DNA of 64,000 nucleotides from positions 5,642,001 to 5,706,000 of the forward strand of contig JAYWIR010000001.1 of assembly GCA_036172245.1 (NCBI GenBank), read 5' to 3'. The DNA is from Raillietiella orientalis. Taxonomy: Eukaryota. Each line of letters starts with the position of its first letter. Within the stretch, counting starts at the first letter, position 1. This document shows positions 25,990-38,040 of the stretch, piece by piece. The notes under the pieces were generated by a model that did no database searches, was not told where the DNA came from, and saw nothing but the letters and a program-made list of their open reading frames with translations. The position numbers and the translations under genes were made by a program.

Positions 25990-27425
25990 CCAAAGGAGGG
26001 GGCGGAGACTTTTTTGGCCGCCTCGCGAAGACCCTCGCTGGGTTTCTCTCGGCCGCCTCCCATTCCCAAAAGGACCTCTTCCTTTCTTCCAGGGGACTCC
26101 GAAAGACACTCCTTTGTTTGTTCCTCCGCACCAAGAGTGTTCCTTACCGTTTGCTTCCCTAACTGTTACCGTTGCGGACGGAGTCCGGGACACCTGCGAG
26201 GGTGCTCGGCTCCTGAGGGTCTCCCAGGCGAACTCGCAGGTTCTCCTTGTCTTCAACAGAGTGATGCTGGAGGATCCCAATCTTCGGACCGAGGACTGAA
26301 AGCGGATGCGAGCTGAGTTTCACCAGAAGCTCTCAGAAGGAGGAGGAGTTTGTCCAAGAGAGAGGCGCGCGCTCGGCCGAGCGGCTCGGTCCGCTGGTCA
26401 TTTCGCTCGCATTCCAAGCCTGCTGTGCTGGATCAGAAACCGGACGGGAAAGTTTAAACCGGAAAAATCTGGGTGCGGAGAGGATGCAGTCGCCGGAACT
26501 GAGTCCGGAGTCGCAAGGCAAATCCGTCATCTTTAGCTCGCAACTGAGTAGGGGGACGGCTCAAGAGATGATGGAAATCCTTCTTTTCTGTCTTCGCTGG
26601 TTTCCTTCGAGTTTGTTTTTGAGGGGGGGCCACTGAGTACCTCGAGAGTCCTCGCGCCCCTGGCGGCGGATCATGCAACTCCTTGACACTGTTCCACGCC
26701 ACCCGAGGATGGGTGTAACTCTTCAAGATAGGAGGTACCCCGGGAGGAGTACGCCCTATGAATCCTGGAAGGACTCGGGGTCCGTTCCTCTCACGCCTGG
26801 GGAGGGATCCCAGGAATGGAGATCATCTCCACCCTGGTTGTCTCCGAAGGGGAATCTCGAAGGCAATCTCATTCCTTATTCTCTCCGGAAGGAGCCCCGG
26901 GAGGGTCCGCTCTTCTCCGAAGGGAACCCATAAAGGATCCACTATCAGGAATTTCTTCTCCGGAGGGATCTCCCTCAAGGGATCCGCTCCTGTATACTCC
27001 TCTGAAGAGAACCCCGAAGGGATGCTTCCGAAATTCAGAAGGATGCTGCTTCCCCGAAGGAAGCGGCTCGCTTCCCTGCACTCTCTGGAGAGGTGATCGC
27101 GACACACAGACTCCATCAGTATGACGCGGAGGGTCCCCCGGAATGGGGGTTTATTCCTTCAAAATCGGAAGGAAACTCCCAGTCCTTGATTCCTGGAAGT
27201 ACCCGAAGCTCGACTCCCATTGTCCCGGCCCTCATCTGGGGCATCCAGCTTGAACCGCTACCAGTGCTGCCTCCGAATGAATGCAGGCCAACCAGCGTCA
27301 TCTTGAGGGAGGAATTCGAACCCACGACGCAGTGCGTCGATTCATTTCGGAGTATTCGAACCCGCGACGCTTGGTGGTGCCACGCACGGGGACTACCGTA
27401 ACCACGCGGCCTCCGACGCGGGTGC
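25990..27425 (+). mobile_element. ORF1 C-terminal region with repeat block and antisense tRNA-like module
   Basis: CYRCGRSPGHLRGC knuckle near 26165; (S)EGNPEG-type repeats 26840-27060; homologous to 23380-24300, 27460-28020, 34250-35030 and (reverse) 36035-36600. Confidence 0.7.
27310..27420 (-). pseudogene. tRNA-derived segment with two B boxes
   Basis: Minus strand GCGTCGGAGGCCGCGTGGTTACGG...GTCGCGGGTTCGAATAC, then a second GTCGTGGGTTCGAATTCC. Confidence 0.7.
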
Positions 27426-27459
27426 AAGATATAAAAAATAAAACGAGATCGAAGAGAGG

Positions 27460-29600
27460 ATGCGAGGTAGGGAAGGGTACCCCGGAAGAAGGGCATCCAG
27501 GAAGGCTCGGAGTCCGTTCCTCTCACGTTTGGGGAGGGGAGGGACCGCACCTCCCACCCTGGTTGTCTCCAAAGGGGAATCCCGAAGGGAATCTCCTTCC
27601 TCATTCTCTCCGGAGGGACACCTCCCTAATGGAGGGTGGTCCTCTCCATTTCAACTTCTCCGAAGGGAACCCGGAAAGGATCCTCTAGTAGGAATTTCTT
27701 CTCAGGAGGGAACCCGCAAGGGAACCGCTCCTGTTCACTCCTCTGGAGAGAACCTGAAGGGGCGCTTCCGAAATTCAGAAGGGGCACTGCAGCTTCCCGC
27801 AAGGAGATTCCTTGCACTCTTATGAAGAAGTGGCGACTCGGAGGGTACCCCTGCAACAGAGGGGGATCCACTCTTTTAAACAACTGGAGAGGTGCCTGTG
27901 AAGGATCGAAACTCACGACGCATTTGACTCGGCGACCTTGCCCTCCATGGGTGGGTATTCAAACCTGTGGCGCCGATGGGTTCCGCGCGGGATGCCGCGG
28001 CTGTTCGGCCGCTCCATCCAGTCAGACCCCTCGGCCCAGTAGGTTTCATCCCGAGCCAACCCTTGGAGTCAGGACCATCCTAGGCAAGCTGGAAGAACCT
28101 CTCGGAAAGGATTCTTTTTTTTGGCTCACGGGGACGATCTTACCATCCTACCGGATTGAAAAGTTGTAATCAGGACTCAGCCTCAGAAAGCTGCAGGAAT
28201 TGTGCCACAAAGCTGGACTCTCTCCACCTACGTAAACAGACGCGCTTCCCTCCACTTGGTCTCTGGAACGGCGAGAGAGGAGAGAAAGACCACGCTCCAA
28301 ATCATTGGCATCGGCACTGATTAAAATGGGTTCGGTCCATTTTAATCAATGCCTTCGAGCGAGTGAATCCCTGTCCTCCGTGGTCAGCACATCAGGCCTC
28401 CTGTGGTCTCTCTTTTCGGCGAAAAGCAATGGGACCATCCTTTCGCCTTAACCTCACCGCCTTCTACCTCCAGGGATTTTCCAGCACTTCGGAGAGCTGA
28501 CTGGACCTTCATACAGACATGCGCTCGGCGGGTGACTAAGAAACGCACTGGTCTTCCGAAGAAGAGGCAGGCCAACCCTTCCATTGTCGACCCGCTCGGT
28601 GCGACGTCTTCGTCCCTGATCTACAAGATGAAGCAGACAGCTCCCCCGTAAACCACTGTCTCCAGCTGCTGGAGACTCCAGATCGAACCATCACGGAATT
28701 GGCCACGACCATTCCGCCTACCCCTCCCTCCTCCGTGAGCGACGCCCTTTCGGGGCGCTTCGCATCCGAAATGCGGGACCAGACCGGGGGATGACCTACG
28801 GACAGCGGGTCGCCGAGGAAGAGTGCGAGCGCTCCGGGCACTGGAATACGGCCGCTTCCGGAAGCGTAGACTGACCTCCGGCCACTTCTTGCACCCAAGG
28901 GTCATCAGCGGCTTGCCCTCCCTCCCACAGGAGGCGGTGCGGACCGAACAGGCAGTAAGTGCTGGGAGGAGCCCTGGACTCGCATCCTCGGACACCTCGT
29001 GCGGGGTTCCAACCTCGTTACCCGACGACGAACCTCCGGTCAACCTGACCGAGGAGGTCGCGCAAGCAAAGCGGGAGTCGCTGGGGTATCCGCGGCCGGA
29101 CCTAGCGCTCCTCAGGGTAAAAAAGTCTGGCCGCCCTGCTCGAGGTCGACGGGGGTAACATGGGAAGGGGCGTAGTGTGAAGACAAAGAGATCAATCGAT
29201 GGAGGGAGCTGCCCTCACGGCGGGCGGCGTCCTCGAGGCAGAGGGCACGGGCAGGAGGAGTTCTCTGGTTGAGGAATTGCCTGTCGCTCAGGCGCGGAGG
29301 CCGCGACGAAGAGGAGGATGGCGACACTAGACGCGATCGCCCCGGGTGGACAGTCTCCAGCGAGACTCAGGTAGATAGGGAGCGCCTCCTTTCTGGGGTC
29401 CATTGTAAAGAGCAGGATCGAGGATGCATGGGAGCGCTCTGCTGAGCGTCTTCTGTCGGGCCCTGTCGGTAGCCGGCGGGAGGCGGCGAATCCCGAACGC
29501 CCCCGCCTGAAGGCGCAGCGTTAGTTCCGAACTGTACCTGGGCAACGGGGGAAGCGAAAGCAGGGACGAAATCTGGAACGAATTCCCGCCATGACGCGGC
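27460..29600 (+). mobile_element. Degenerate L1/Tx1-like element: ORF1 end, tRNA-like module, APE, RT
   Basis: Direct repeat of 26725-27420; then WSAHQA..GPSFRLN (SDH..WKLN), AGRSPGLAS (KSPGxDG), LDAIARVDSL and VAGGRRRIP (GVRQGCP) remnants in the expected order. Confidence 0.65.
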
Positions 29601-30679
29601 GTGGGAGGGGAGCAGGGAAGGCAAGTTCCTATCGGACGACGGTCAGGTTCAGGAAGGGTTTGTTTGACCTGCTCCGTGGACAGACGTCCCGTTTCCTGCG
29701 TTCCTTCTGCTCTCGGGCAGCCGTTACGCGCTCCTAGGAGTCGGTCGGGGCATCGTCTGCTGGGTTCGGGCAGTTGTGCTCCTCGGAGGGTCCGGAGGAG
29801 CGCGGCCCATCATGCAGCCGATAGTCACCCCTTTTGAGGGGCCTTCGCCTTGCAGGTTGCTCCGTAGGCGGCGCCCCTAGCGCTCAAAGCTTCGCGAACA
29901 GCGGAGAACTGCGCGGACGAGAAAATTCCGGCGCGAGTCAGAGCGTGCGCCAAAAAGGTCAGGAGGCTGGGCTTTTCTGCATGACCTGAGTCGACCTCGG
30001 GTGGGGTAGTCCATTTTGCGGGATCTTCGGCAACGCGAACCCGGAAGAGGCGGGCGTGTTGGTCCCCTAAAGAGAGACAGACAGCCCAAGTTTATGCTGG
30101 CGGCCGCTCGTCGTCTCCGGACCCCATCCGCCAGCGCCACTTCTAGTCTCAAAGCAAAGAGTGGTTCTCGCCGCGCTGGCAGACGCGCAGTCGGCGTCGC
30201 GGAAGCTGGTGCCGGGGGTTGCAGCCTCTCTGTGGCAGGGTTGACTGCCGAGGGCGGGTGTGCCGTGGGTTTTTCGAAGGACGCCGGTTGGTTCATGGAC
30301 TTCGGGCGGCGGTATGCCTACCTACTGACCAGCCGGAATCGGGAGTAGACCCTCCGGGGTCCTTCGGGAAGCATGGACCATTTAGGGTTGTCCTCCAGAA
30401 CACGCTAAGGAGCTGACCTCCCCCCCTCTTCATCCCACCCTCGGGAGTCCTCGATCGTGCTCGCGGCGTCGGTTCCCCCGACCGACTAACGTGCACCCTC
30501 GGGTGGCGGGGTAACATCATCGTTGAGCCTTCTGGACCCTTGCGGCGGCATCGTTAAGCCGCGCCCATGGCCTCCCTTCGGGGTCAGCGTTTCTTCCGCG
30601 CGTCTTGAAAACCAAAAAGGAAGAAAGCTGAAAAGATAAAGGAAAAAGAAGAGGCGACCCTTCCGATCCTTGCAACTCA

Positions 30680-31846
30680 TGTGACGCGATTCCCTCCCCA
30701 GTGCTCCCTCTTCCCGGCTATTTCCCTTCGCAGTCCGTTCAAGCGATGGACAATGGTCGCGATCCCGTCAGGGGGGCTCCTGGAAGCATCGATAATTTTA
30801 CCGGATGCGCGCCGCCTGCAACGCCCCCAAGTCGGCGGACAACTCGACTTATGGGCGGAGACAGCAACCGGCTTACCGCAGGAGCCCCGCGCGCGTGCGC
30901 CGGCGCATGGTTCCGGCGCCGCAGCTCGGGGTTTTTTGGGGAGACCTTACAAAGTCCAGTAATCGAATGATCTTTCAGTTTATGCGACGGCAGGCCTAAT
31001 CTGGTTTCTTGCGGGAAGAAGACGAGCTCCTCTGGCCTTTGGAAGCTGGCATCATCCCTCAAGGATCCCTTTCGGACGCCTTGAGCCGCCTAAGGCTGCT
31101 TCCTGGAGAACGACGCCATTCACGACGCGACGGATTTGAAGCGAAAACCTTCCGGATGCTCTCCAGGATGGCTGCCTGCACTCCTGGCGAGGCGAGGTGC
31201 TTTCAGCAAACCGGAGAGGAAACCACTGAAGATGAGCCAACTCCATGGCACGTCGAAGGGCGCTTCGAGATGGGTGTCGACTCCTTGAAAGGATGGAAAG
31301 CATTCCGAGATGAGAATGGCACGATGAAGGACCTCGGCGCTGGACCGTTTGGATTCTTCAGCGCGCCGAGGAATCCAATGGCCCCGCGCTCTGCTGGCCG
31401 GCTCCTTGGAGTTCTCGGATCTCCGAGGTGCTGCAAGACCCGCCGTCCCCGACGCTACCTTCCACGGGACCGCTTCCCTTGCCTGCCATCTCCTGGCCAC
31501 TGTTGGCGGGGAACGCAACGTTACCTCGCAATGACCACTCGCTCGGGTCGTCCGGGAGGGGCGCGACCACAAGGGACCCCTGTCCTTACCCTCCCTTTCT
31601 TTATTTTGTTTTGTATTCTTTCCCCCCCTCCCAATTGCCCTGGGTTTTTCCCGGATAGATACCAAAGATCATTCCTCCATCCCTCTCGCAATTCCCTATT
31701 TTTTTTTTTGTTGCTGTCCCTTTTCCCCTCCCTCCCGTTCCGGAAGCTTAGAGGAACCCCGATCTTCGTGTCGGTGGACCCTCTCCTTTTGTCTTCGGCT
31801 GGAAGCCGTGATCCTAGCTGTCGAAACGCTCCGTCATGACCGGGAG
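30680..31846 (+). mobile_element. Non-LTR post-RT region and 3' end, divergent copy
   Basis: LQRPQVGGQLDL motif, T-rich 3'UTR, terminus gaaacgctccgtcatgaccgggag at 31823-31846. Confidence 0.55.
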
Positions 31847-32099
31847 AAGAATCCCGAAAGGTGCTGCCGGGGCCTCCGCGCATGGCGTTTCGAAACGTTA
31901 CTCGCAGCCTCCTCCTGCGGTAGGACAGCCCGGAGCCGAGGGGGAAGAGAAGAAAAGAATTTTTTTGCGGCCTCCCTCCGGAAAGTCGTGGACGGTGCCT
32001 CGCCGGCGAAGGGGATACGGCAGCCGTTCCTCAGGATTTTCGGTCTTCCAGAGCGCTCCCGACGGAGGTCGAGTCGGGGCACCGACCTGGGACTTCGCA

Positions 32100-33150
32100 G
32101 TCGTCTGTGAGCCCGGTAGATCACTCCCGGGTGAATCTCGGGGACTCCGCCCTGCTCTTCTCGTCTTCTTCCCGCGGCACAGACCGGCTCCGCTATGCCT
32201 GCTCCGGCCCGGTTGCACTTTTCTCGTCCGTCGCGGTCGGTCTTCCTGCAGGCCCTGCTCCCGTACCCCCGTGCGGTGGGATCGCCACTCGTGCGGAGGA
32301 GACTCCTCTTGAGGGCGGGGCGGACGAGGCGGCGCAGAACGCGGAGAAGATGCGTCTTCTTTCATCGTTCCTTTTCTTCTCGAAACGGGTCCCACGGCAC
32401 CTCCCCCCGGATGGGAGACCACAGACCGAGTGGGTCGCGCTTAGAGACTGTCCGCATGGAAACCCACCACCAGACCTCCATGATGTCGCTGGGGTATTCG
32501 CTACCATCACCGAGGTCTGCTCCAGGCGAACTCTTTCCATGACTCTTCTGCACACCCAATCGGGACCTTCTCACTCGTCAGAAACCGCCCGTCTCCTCCG
32601 GTGGTCGGGTGGGGAGGGCTCGACTTTCGAGCGCCGCCCATCTGCAGGGTCGGCTGCTTCAGAGGGGTACTCCTTGCCTCTGGGCGCCCCCTGGTGGCTT
32701 CCGACTTACGCGGCCACTCTCCTTGCTGCGAGCACCCGTTGAAGGATGAGGGGATTCGGCTTTCCGCTGAGGCAACTCACCTCCCTGGTGGAATCCCCAC
32801 GTGGATCTCCTGCTCCCGAATGAACTACAGTCCTTGGCGGCAGGAGGCTGTTGAGTACTGGGCTGCTCTCCAGGCAATGCTCCCGAAAGAACTTTGACTC
32901 CTGCGACACTTCCCACTGCAACCTCCAGAAGTGGTGATGCAGAACACAGCAAAGAGGTCGACCGTGGACGCCACACCCCTCGTCTCAGCGCTGTCCGATC
33001 TCAGGTCAAGCGACGACAACTGCTAATCGGCGAGGTGGGAGTCTTCCTGCACCATTGCGGGAAGGAGGAAACTCCTTGGCGATTGGCCTTATGCTCGAGT
33101 TGGTGGATGCTGACACTCCGCGTACCGTGGCTACTGTCTTTGAGTGTCTC
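32100..33150 (-). mobile_element. Non-LTR RT fragment
   Basis: WRPRSTSLLC, GIPPGR and GGFPCGQSLSA (GVRQGCPLS-like) in the expected order. Confidence 0.6.
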
Positions 33151-33199
33151 CCCCGCAGAACTTGTGTCCCTCCTCACTGCCTAGACAATCCATTGTTCC

Positions 33200-33996
33200 C
33201 GATCTCCTGGAAACAGGCCGTGATGCTCTTTCTGCGCTAGGGATTGCATTCTCCAGTGCAACGAGCACCTGCACTGTGATTGCGCAGAAGTTGCATTCCC
33301 GAACTGTACCAGGTGCAGGTCTCTGGGGTCACCCCCGCACCTACTTTCGGAATGGGGCTCCATCCTTCAAGAATTGTGGCGGCAGCGCTCCTCCACCAGG
33401 AGGACACCACCGGCGAACCTGCTGAGGCGGTTCTTCGCGCCGGGATGACTCTCGACGGGCGCGGTGGTCTCAGCGATGGGTTGCATCCGTGCCATCGTCA
33501 CGGCCCGCCACATGCTGGAGTCGCCGCCGCAGCGAAAAGAGGTCACCGGGATGGAAGCCGCCTACGTAAAGACGGCTGCAAGATGCCCTCACCTGTTAGA
33601 AGGAGTGAAGGAGGAGGTTGTTTGCATCCAGTGCTGGTTTTGAAAGGAAAGAATGGCGGGCATTGGTGACTCTTGCCCCTTGCCTCCCTTTATTTATTTA
33701 TTTTTCTCATTCCTTATCATCGTTTGCTCCGTAACTTCCTCGACTTTTTTTTGTTGTCGTTGTGATCCCAGTGCACATGGAGAGAACTCAAAGATCCCTG
33801 TCCCATCCCACCGGACTTATTTGCTTTTATTTTTCTGGCGTTGTCTCCATTTCCCTCTCCTGTACCGGACTTTCGGATGTCCTGACCTGTGTGTCGGTGG
33901 ATGCTCCCCTTAAACTCCTTTTGTCTTTAGTTGGGAACCAGAGTTTCCAACTGGTTTCTTTTATATAAAATGAATGCCCCCGGGAGCGACCGGGTG
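33200..33996 (+). mobile_element. Non-LTR 3' end (second subfamily)
   Basis: DNA homology to the reverse of 58200-58600; T-rich UTR; terminus aatgaatgcccccgggagcgaccgggtg at 33969-33996. Confidence 0.75.
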
Positions 33997-34249
33997 AAAA
34001 ACTTACGCGGCCGCCGCTACTACGGGAGGGGAGGCTGCACGGAGCCGGTAAGAGGAAGGGATCGCCTTGCGGCGCCACCGCCCACCAGCGCAGTCACTCG
34101 GGTGCACAAATCGCCCGGGTGACCTGTCCCACGGCCCACCAGGTCTTTGCGTGCCGCCACCGCGTTTTGTCTTGAAAGGCTTCGGAGTTCCCGTTCGTTG
34201 CAGAGTGCCATTGGGCGTCTTCCAGCTCTGGGAAGCACGCCCATCTTCA

Positions 34250-35230
34250 AGGAAGAAACGGGTTTTCGCTGGATTCTTTTTTCCTTTCTTTAAGCTGCCC
34301 CACGCCACCCAAGGATGCATGTTGACTCTTTAAGGTTGAGGGCACCCCAGGAGGGGACCAGGAAGGATCCGAAGGAAGGAGTCCGTTCTCTTCACTCTTG
34401 GGAGGGTAACCTCGAAGGGAACTCCCTCCTTCGCTGTCTCCGAAGGGAACCCCGAAGAAAAGGTCTTCCTTATTCTCTCCGAAGGGACTCCCCGGAGGGG
34501 GCAGCCCTTCGTTTCTTCACCGGAGGGAACCCGGAAAGAATCTGCTTCTTGTTTTCTCCTCTGAAGTGAACCCCGTAGGGACGCTTCCCAATTTCTCCGA
34601 AAGGCGCTCCCCGGAAGAGATCAGCGCGCGTCATGCACTCTGAAAAGGCAATCCCCTGAGGGGAGGGGAGAGGGTTCCAACCAGCTCCATAGTACGAGAT
34701 GGAGGGTCAACCCCCTCCGTGGCAGCACCCTTCCGAGTTGTGGACGGCTCCATTTTCGCAACCGGAGGGGGAACCCCGAAGGGAACCAGCACGCCCTGAT
34801 TCCTGGAAGGACCCCGAAGGGTCAGCTTCCGATCCCAGCCAGTAAATGGGAGCGTCCGGGGGTTTCCGGCATCCCCCAATGCATCCGAAGCACGTGGGGC
34901 AATCAGCGTCATCCTGCGGGGGGAGGACTCGAAACCCATGACGTTCCCTTTCCTTCCCCCTCATTTCTCGGCGTCGATCCTTTCCCGGGCGAGATCCAAC
35001 CCGCGACGACTGGCTCCACGCGCGGCCACCAGCACAGGAGGAGTTTTTCCTTTAAAAATAGGGAGAGGGAAAGCAGGCAGCAGAGAGGTGAAGCTGCTGG
35101 AGAAATCCGACCAGGAGAGTGATGGAAAGGATTTTTGCTCCGTGGGCATCCATGACCCGTGGAACCCCGGCAGGGCGAGGGCTGCCGAGCAATGGAAGGC
35201 TTTCGACCGCATTTGCATCCGGGGAAAACT
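34250..35230 (+). mobile_element. ORF1-end repeat block, tRNA-like module and deleted ORF2 scraps
   Basis: Homologous to 26590-27420; B-box remnants at 34925 and 34992; GKAGSREVKLL and KAFDRI follow. Confidence 0.7.
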
Positions 35231-35779
35231 TTCGATTTCGCTTCCGGGATTTCAGCCTTTTCCTACTCAGCTCCTTTTTCTCGTCACCTCTCACTTTCTG
35301 GAGAAAAAAGTATTGTTTTTTTCATTTTTTTCATTTTCTGTCCTTCCTGTTGATTTGGTCGGCTGCTCTTTGTTTGGCAACTTCCACACCGAAATCTCCA
35401 TTTCCTTCGCTTCCCCCTCCCCCCACGTCTGCTGTCCTCGAGATGTTGACACACGCCGAGCTTTCTGCTGGCAAACATCCGCAGCTGCTTTCGTGTTTGA
35501 ATAGACGGGCAGGCGTCGTTTGTGCCCAGACCAGCGTCTCTGCAGCCACCAAAGAGTGACACTCCGCTGTTCGAGCTCGGGGAGCATCTGGCTCGCGCAC
35601 TGGCCGACGCAGTTGGATCGCCGGAGCACCAGAACGCTCTCCGGGAAGAACGGAGGACGGCGGCGACGAGCCACTCAGCCCCCGAATCCGCTTGTAGGAT
35701 TCGAAAGCACGGACACATCCAACGGAAGCAAACAAAGAGGAGAGAGGGAGGAGGGGAGGAAGAGAAATCCGAGATGGCT

Positions 35780-37020
35780 GAGCTCGATCTCAGAGAAGGT
35801 CACATTTCATACGTGAAGACCAAGCCGCAGGGTTGCAAGGGGAGGACGAACCTCGAAGACAGAGAGCCGAGATGGCACTTCAGAAAGGAGCAGGAAGACT
35901 GCTCAGCCGCTTGCATGGGACGAAGAATAAGATGCGGCTGCAGTCGGTAAAGAGGTGGCGGGAACGTCAGCACACCTGGAGCACTTCGATTCCCATTTGG
36001 ATGAGTCATGAGCTGATTTGGCAGGAAAGATTCGCTTCGACGCGGACCGTTTGGGTAGCCGTGCGCAACACCAACCGTCGCGGGTTGGAATCGCTGGAAG
36101 GGCGCTGGCTGGCTCCGCGGACTTCCAAAGTGGCCCTGGAGGATGGTGCTTGTGCGCATTGTAAGCTGGATATCCCCCTCGGCTAGCCAGAATTGGGAGT
36201 AGGCCCTCCAGGGTCATCTTGGAAGTAACGGAGCTTCGGAGTTCCGCTCCAGCTTGTGTCATGGAGTCGACCCCCATCTCGGGGTGTCATGGGGTTGGCT
36301 CCCCTCGGCGGTGTCCTCTCCAGCTAGTTGGAAGTGCCGCTTCCTTCAAGGGAATCCTTCAAAAGAGCGGTTCCCTTCCAGTTCCACCCATAACTGAGTT
36401 ACATGCACCCTAGCGTGGCGTGACCTTTGTTTAAAGGTCTTGTGAACCCCTATCGGGATGGACAGTTCGTGAGGACTCACCGAACAGAAAAGAAAAAAAA
36501 ACCAGAAGGACAGCAGCAAGTCGAAGGGCCCACATGATTTCCATCGTCCTGGAATGCAGCGAGATGATAATTTTCTTGAAGCAAGAAATGATACACAAAT
36601 CCCAACGGAAAGGCCGGCTGGCAAGCTCTACAACACCTTCCATTCTTCGGTGTGGAAGTCTTGGAATCAGCAGGTCACTTCCTCGCAGACGTCCGTCGAT
36701 GTATCCTGGCCGCCACTTTTCCTTTGACGGTCTCTTCCTTCTCTGGTTCCTCCTTTGGATTGTCTGCCGTCGTCCGGCGGGTGCCCGAGTCAGTGAGTCC
36801 AGTACTCATGGCGGCTGTACAGAACACGTGACGCAACCGCAGGCTGCTCCCGTTTCCCCGGTGTACACTCCGATCTCAGCTGAAAGACCGAGGTGCAAAC
36901 ACCCAGCAGCAGACCAGAGATGAATCCACTTGGTCATGTTGGAGAGCGCAGTGCCTCTCATCGCCTCTCTGGAAGAACTATCAGAGGAAAGTTCCGCGAC
37001 CAAGCTGGAGTCTCTGGGTT
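35780..37020 (-). mobile_element. Reverse copy: ORF1 end, tRNA-like module (36035-36100, + strand), APE start
   Basis: gtgcgcaacaccaaccgtcgcgggttggaatc matches the 27390-27352 module; 36160-36570 aligns to the reverse of 27250-26400; GNRSAPGVLTF APE-like motif near 35985. Confidence 0.65.
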
Positions 37021-37022
37021 GC

Positions 37023-38040
37023 CACCCGGTCACGCCGGAGCGTTTATTGAAACCTTTTATTTTATTGAAACTTTGGGGCGGTGGGGTGCGAAGACCCACC
37101 ACACCCAATTCTTCAATGGACCTGTCGGTCGTTACCACCCGGGTACGCCCGGGGCGTTTATTGGAATAAAACTCTACAGAACGTGGTACCAGGCCCCACG
37201 AATCGCAGGCGGTTCGAGTTGTCGCTTCTGTCGATGTTCAACTTCGCCCACGTGCCAGTTGTCTCCTCCAGTCCTGCAGACCGGGTGGGCTCACCTCGGC
37301 AGCGGAGGGAGAGGGAAGAAAACAAAAAGAAAAAGAAAAGAAAAGAATGAATAAAAATAAATACGAACAATCTGGAGGATCGGGAGGGCATCACTGTCCG
37401 CTGGAAGAAGTCCGCATCCTTTCTTAGATGCCAGCTTGGTCCGTCGGAATAGGTCCCAGGTAGCGCCATCCGGCAGCTATCCGCAGAGAGCGAACTGCCA
37501 ACTGGAGGGCGTCCCTGTCGTTTCTTCCTCCTCCGTTGGCTTCGCTCTCCGCCGCCGCAATCCCGCGGATGCAGCGGAGAGCTACTGGGGCTGCGGCTGG
37601 CTGCAGGGAGTCCCGCACAACGTCCTGGAGTTGCCGCCGGCGGTTCCTAGGGTCGCAGCAAAGCGTTCCCAAAGGGGCCGGAGAACAACACAATCCACAA
37701 CAGGTGCGAGGAAGGCGATTCCCGTTCCCCGCACCTGCGACAGTCCCGGATCGCCGCCGCCCTCCCCAGCGTCCAGTGGTGCCCTCGGCAAAAGTTGCAG
37801 GGAAAACCCCAGTCCACATTAGAAGTGCCGACTCATGCCGCTTCAGGGGGAGGACGCTCCTGTTCGTGAGCGCTGGGAGCCACTCCAGGTCTTCGGATGG
37901 AATGCCGAGCAGCTTGTCGAGCAGTGCTGGCACTGTAGTCCTCGCGGAAACACACTTGGGGTATAGGTCTCCCCGATTCAGTGAGCGGGGGCCGTAGATG
38001 AGAAACCCCCCGCGCGTCATGAAGGCGAGCTGACGCCAAG
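37023..38040 (-). mobile_element. Non-LTR 3' end with two tandem termini
   Basis: LEWLPALTNRSVLPLK..ALRCIRGIAAAES..AVRSLRIAAGW; termini at 37162-37136 and 37048-37023. Confidence 0.88.

Noticed and set aside
26720-28020. Free tRNA-headed SINE or LTR pair
   Set aside because: Homology continues into ORF1 on one side and APE on the other in several copies; no TSD or TG..CA LTR ends seen.
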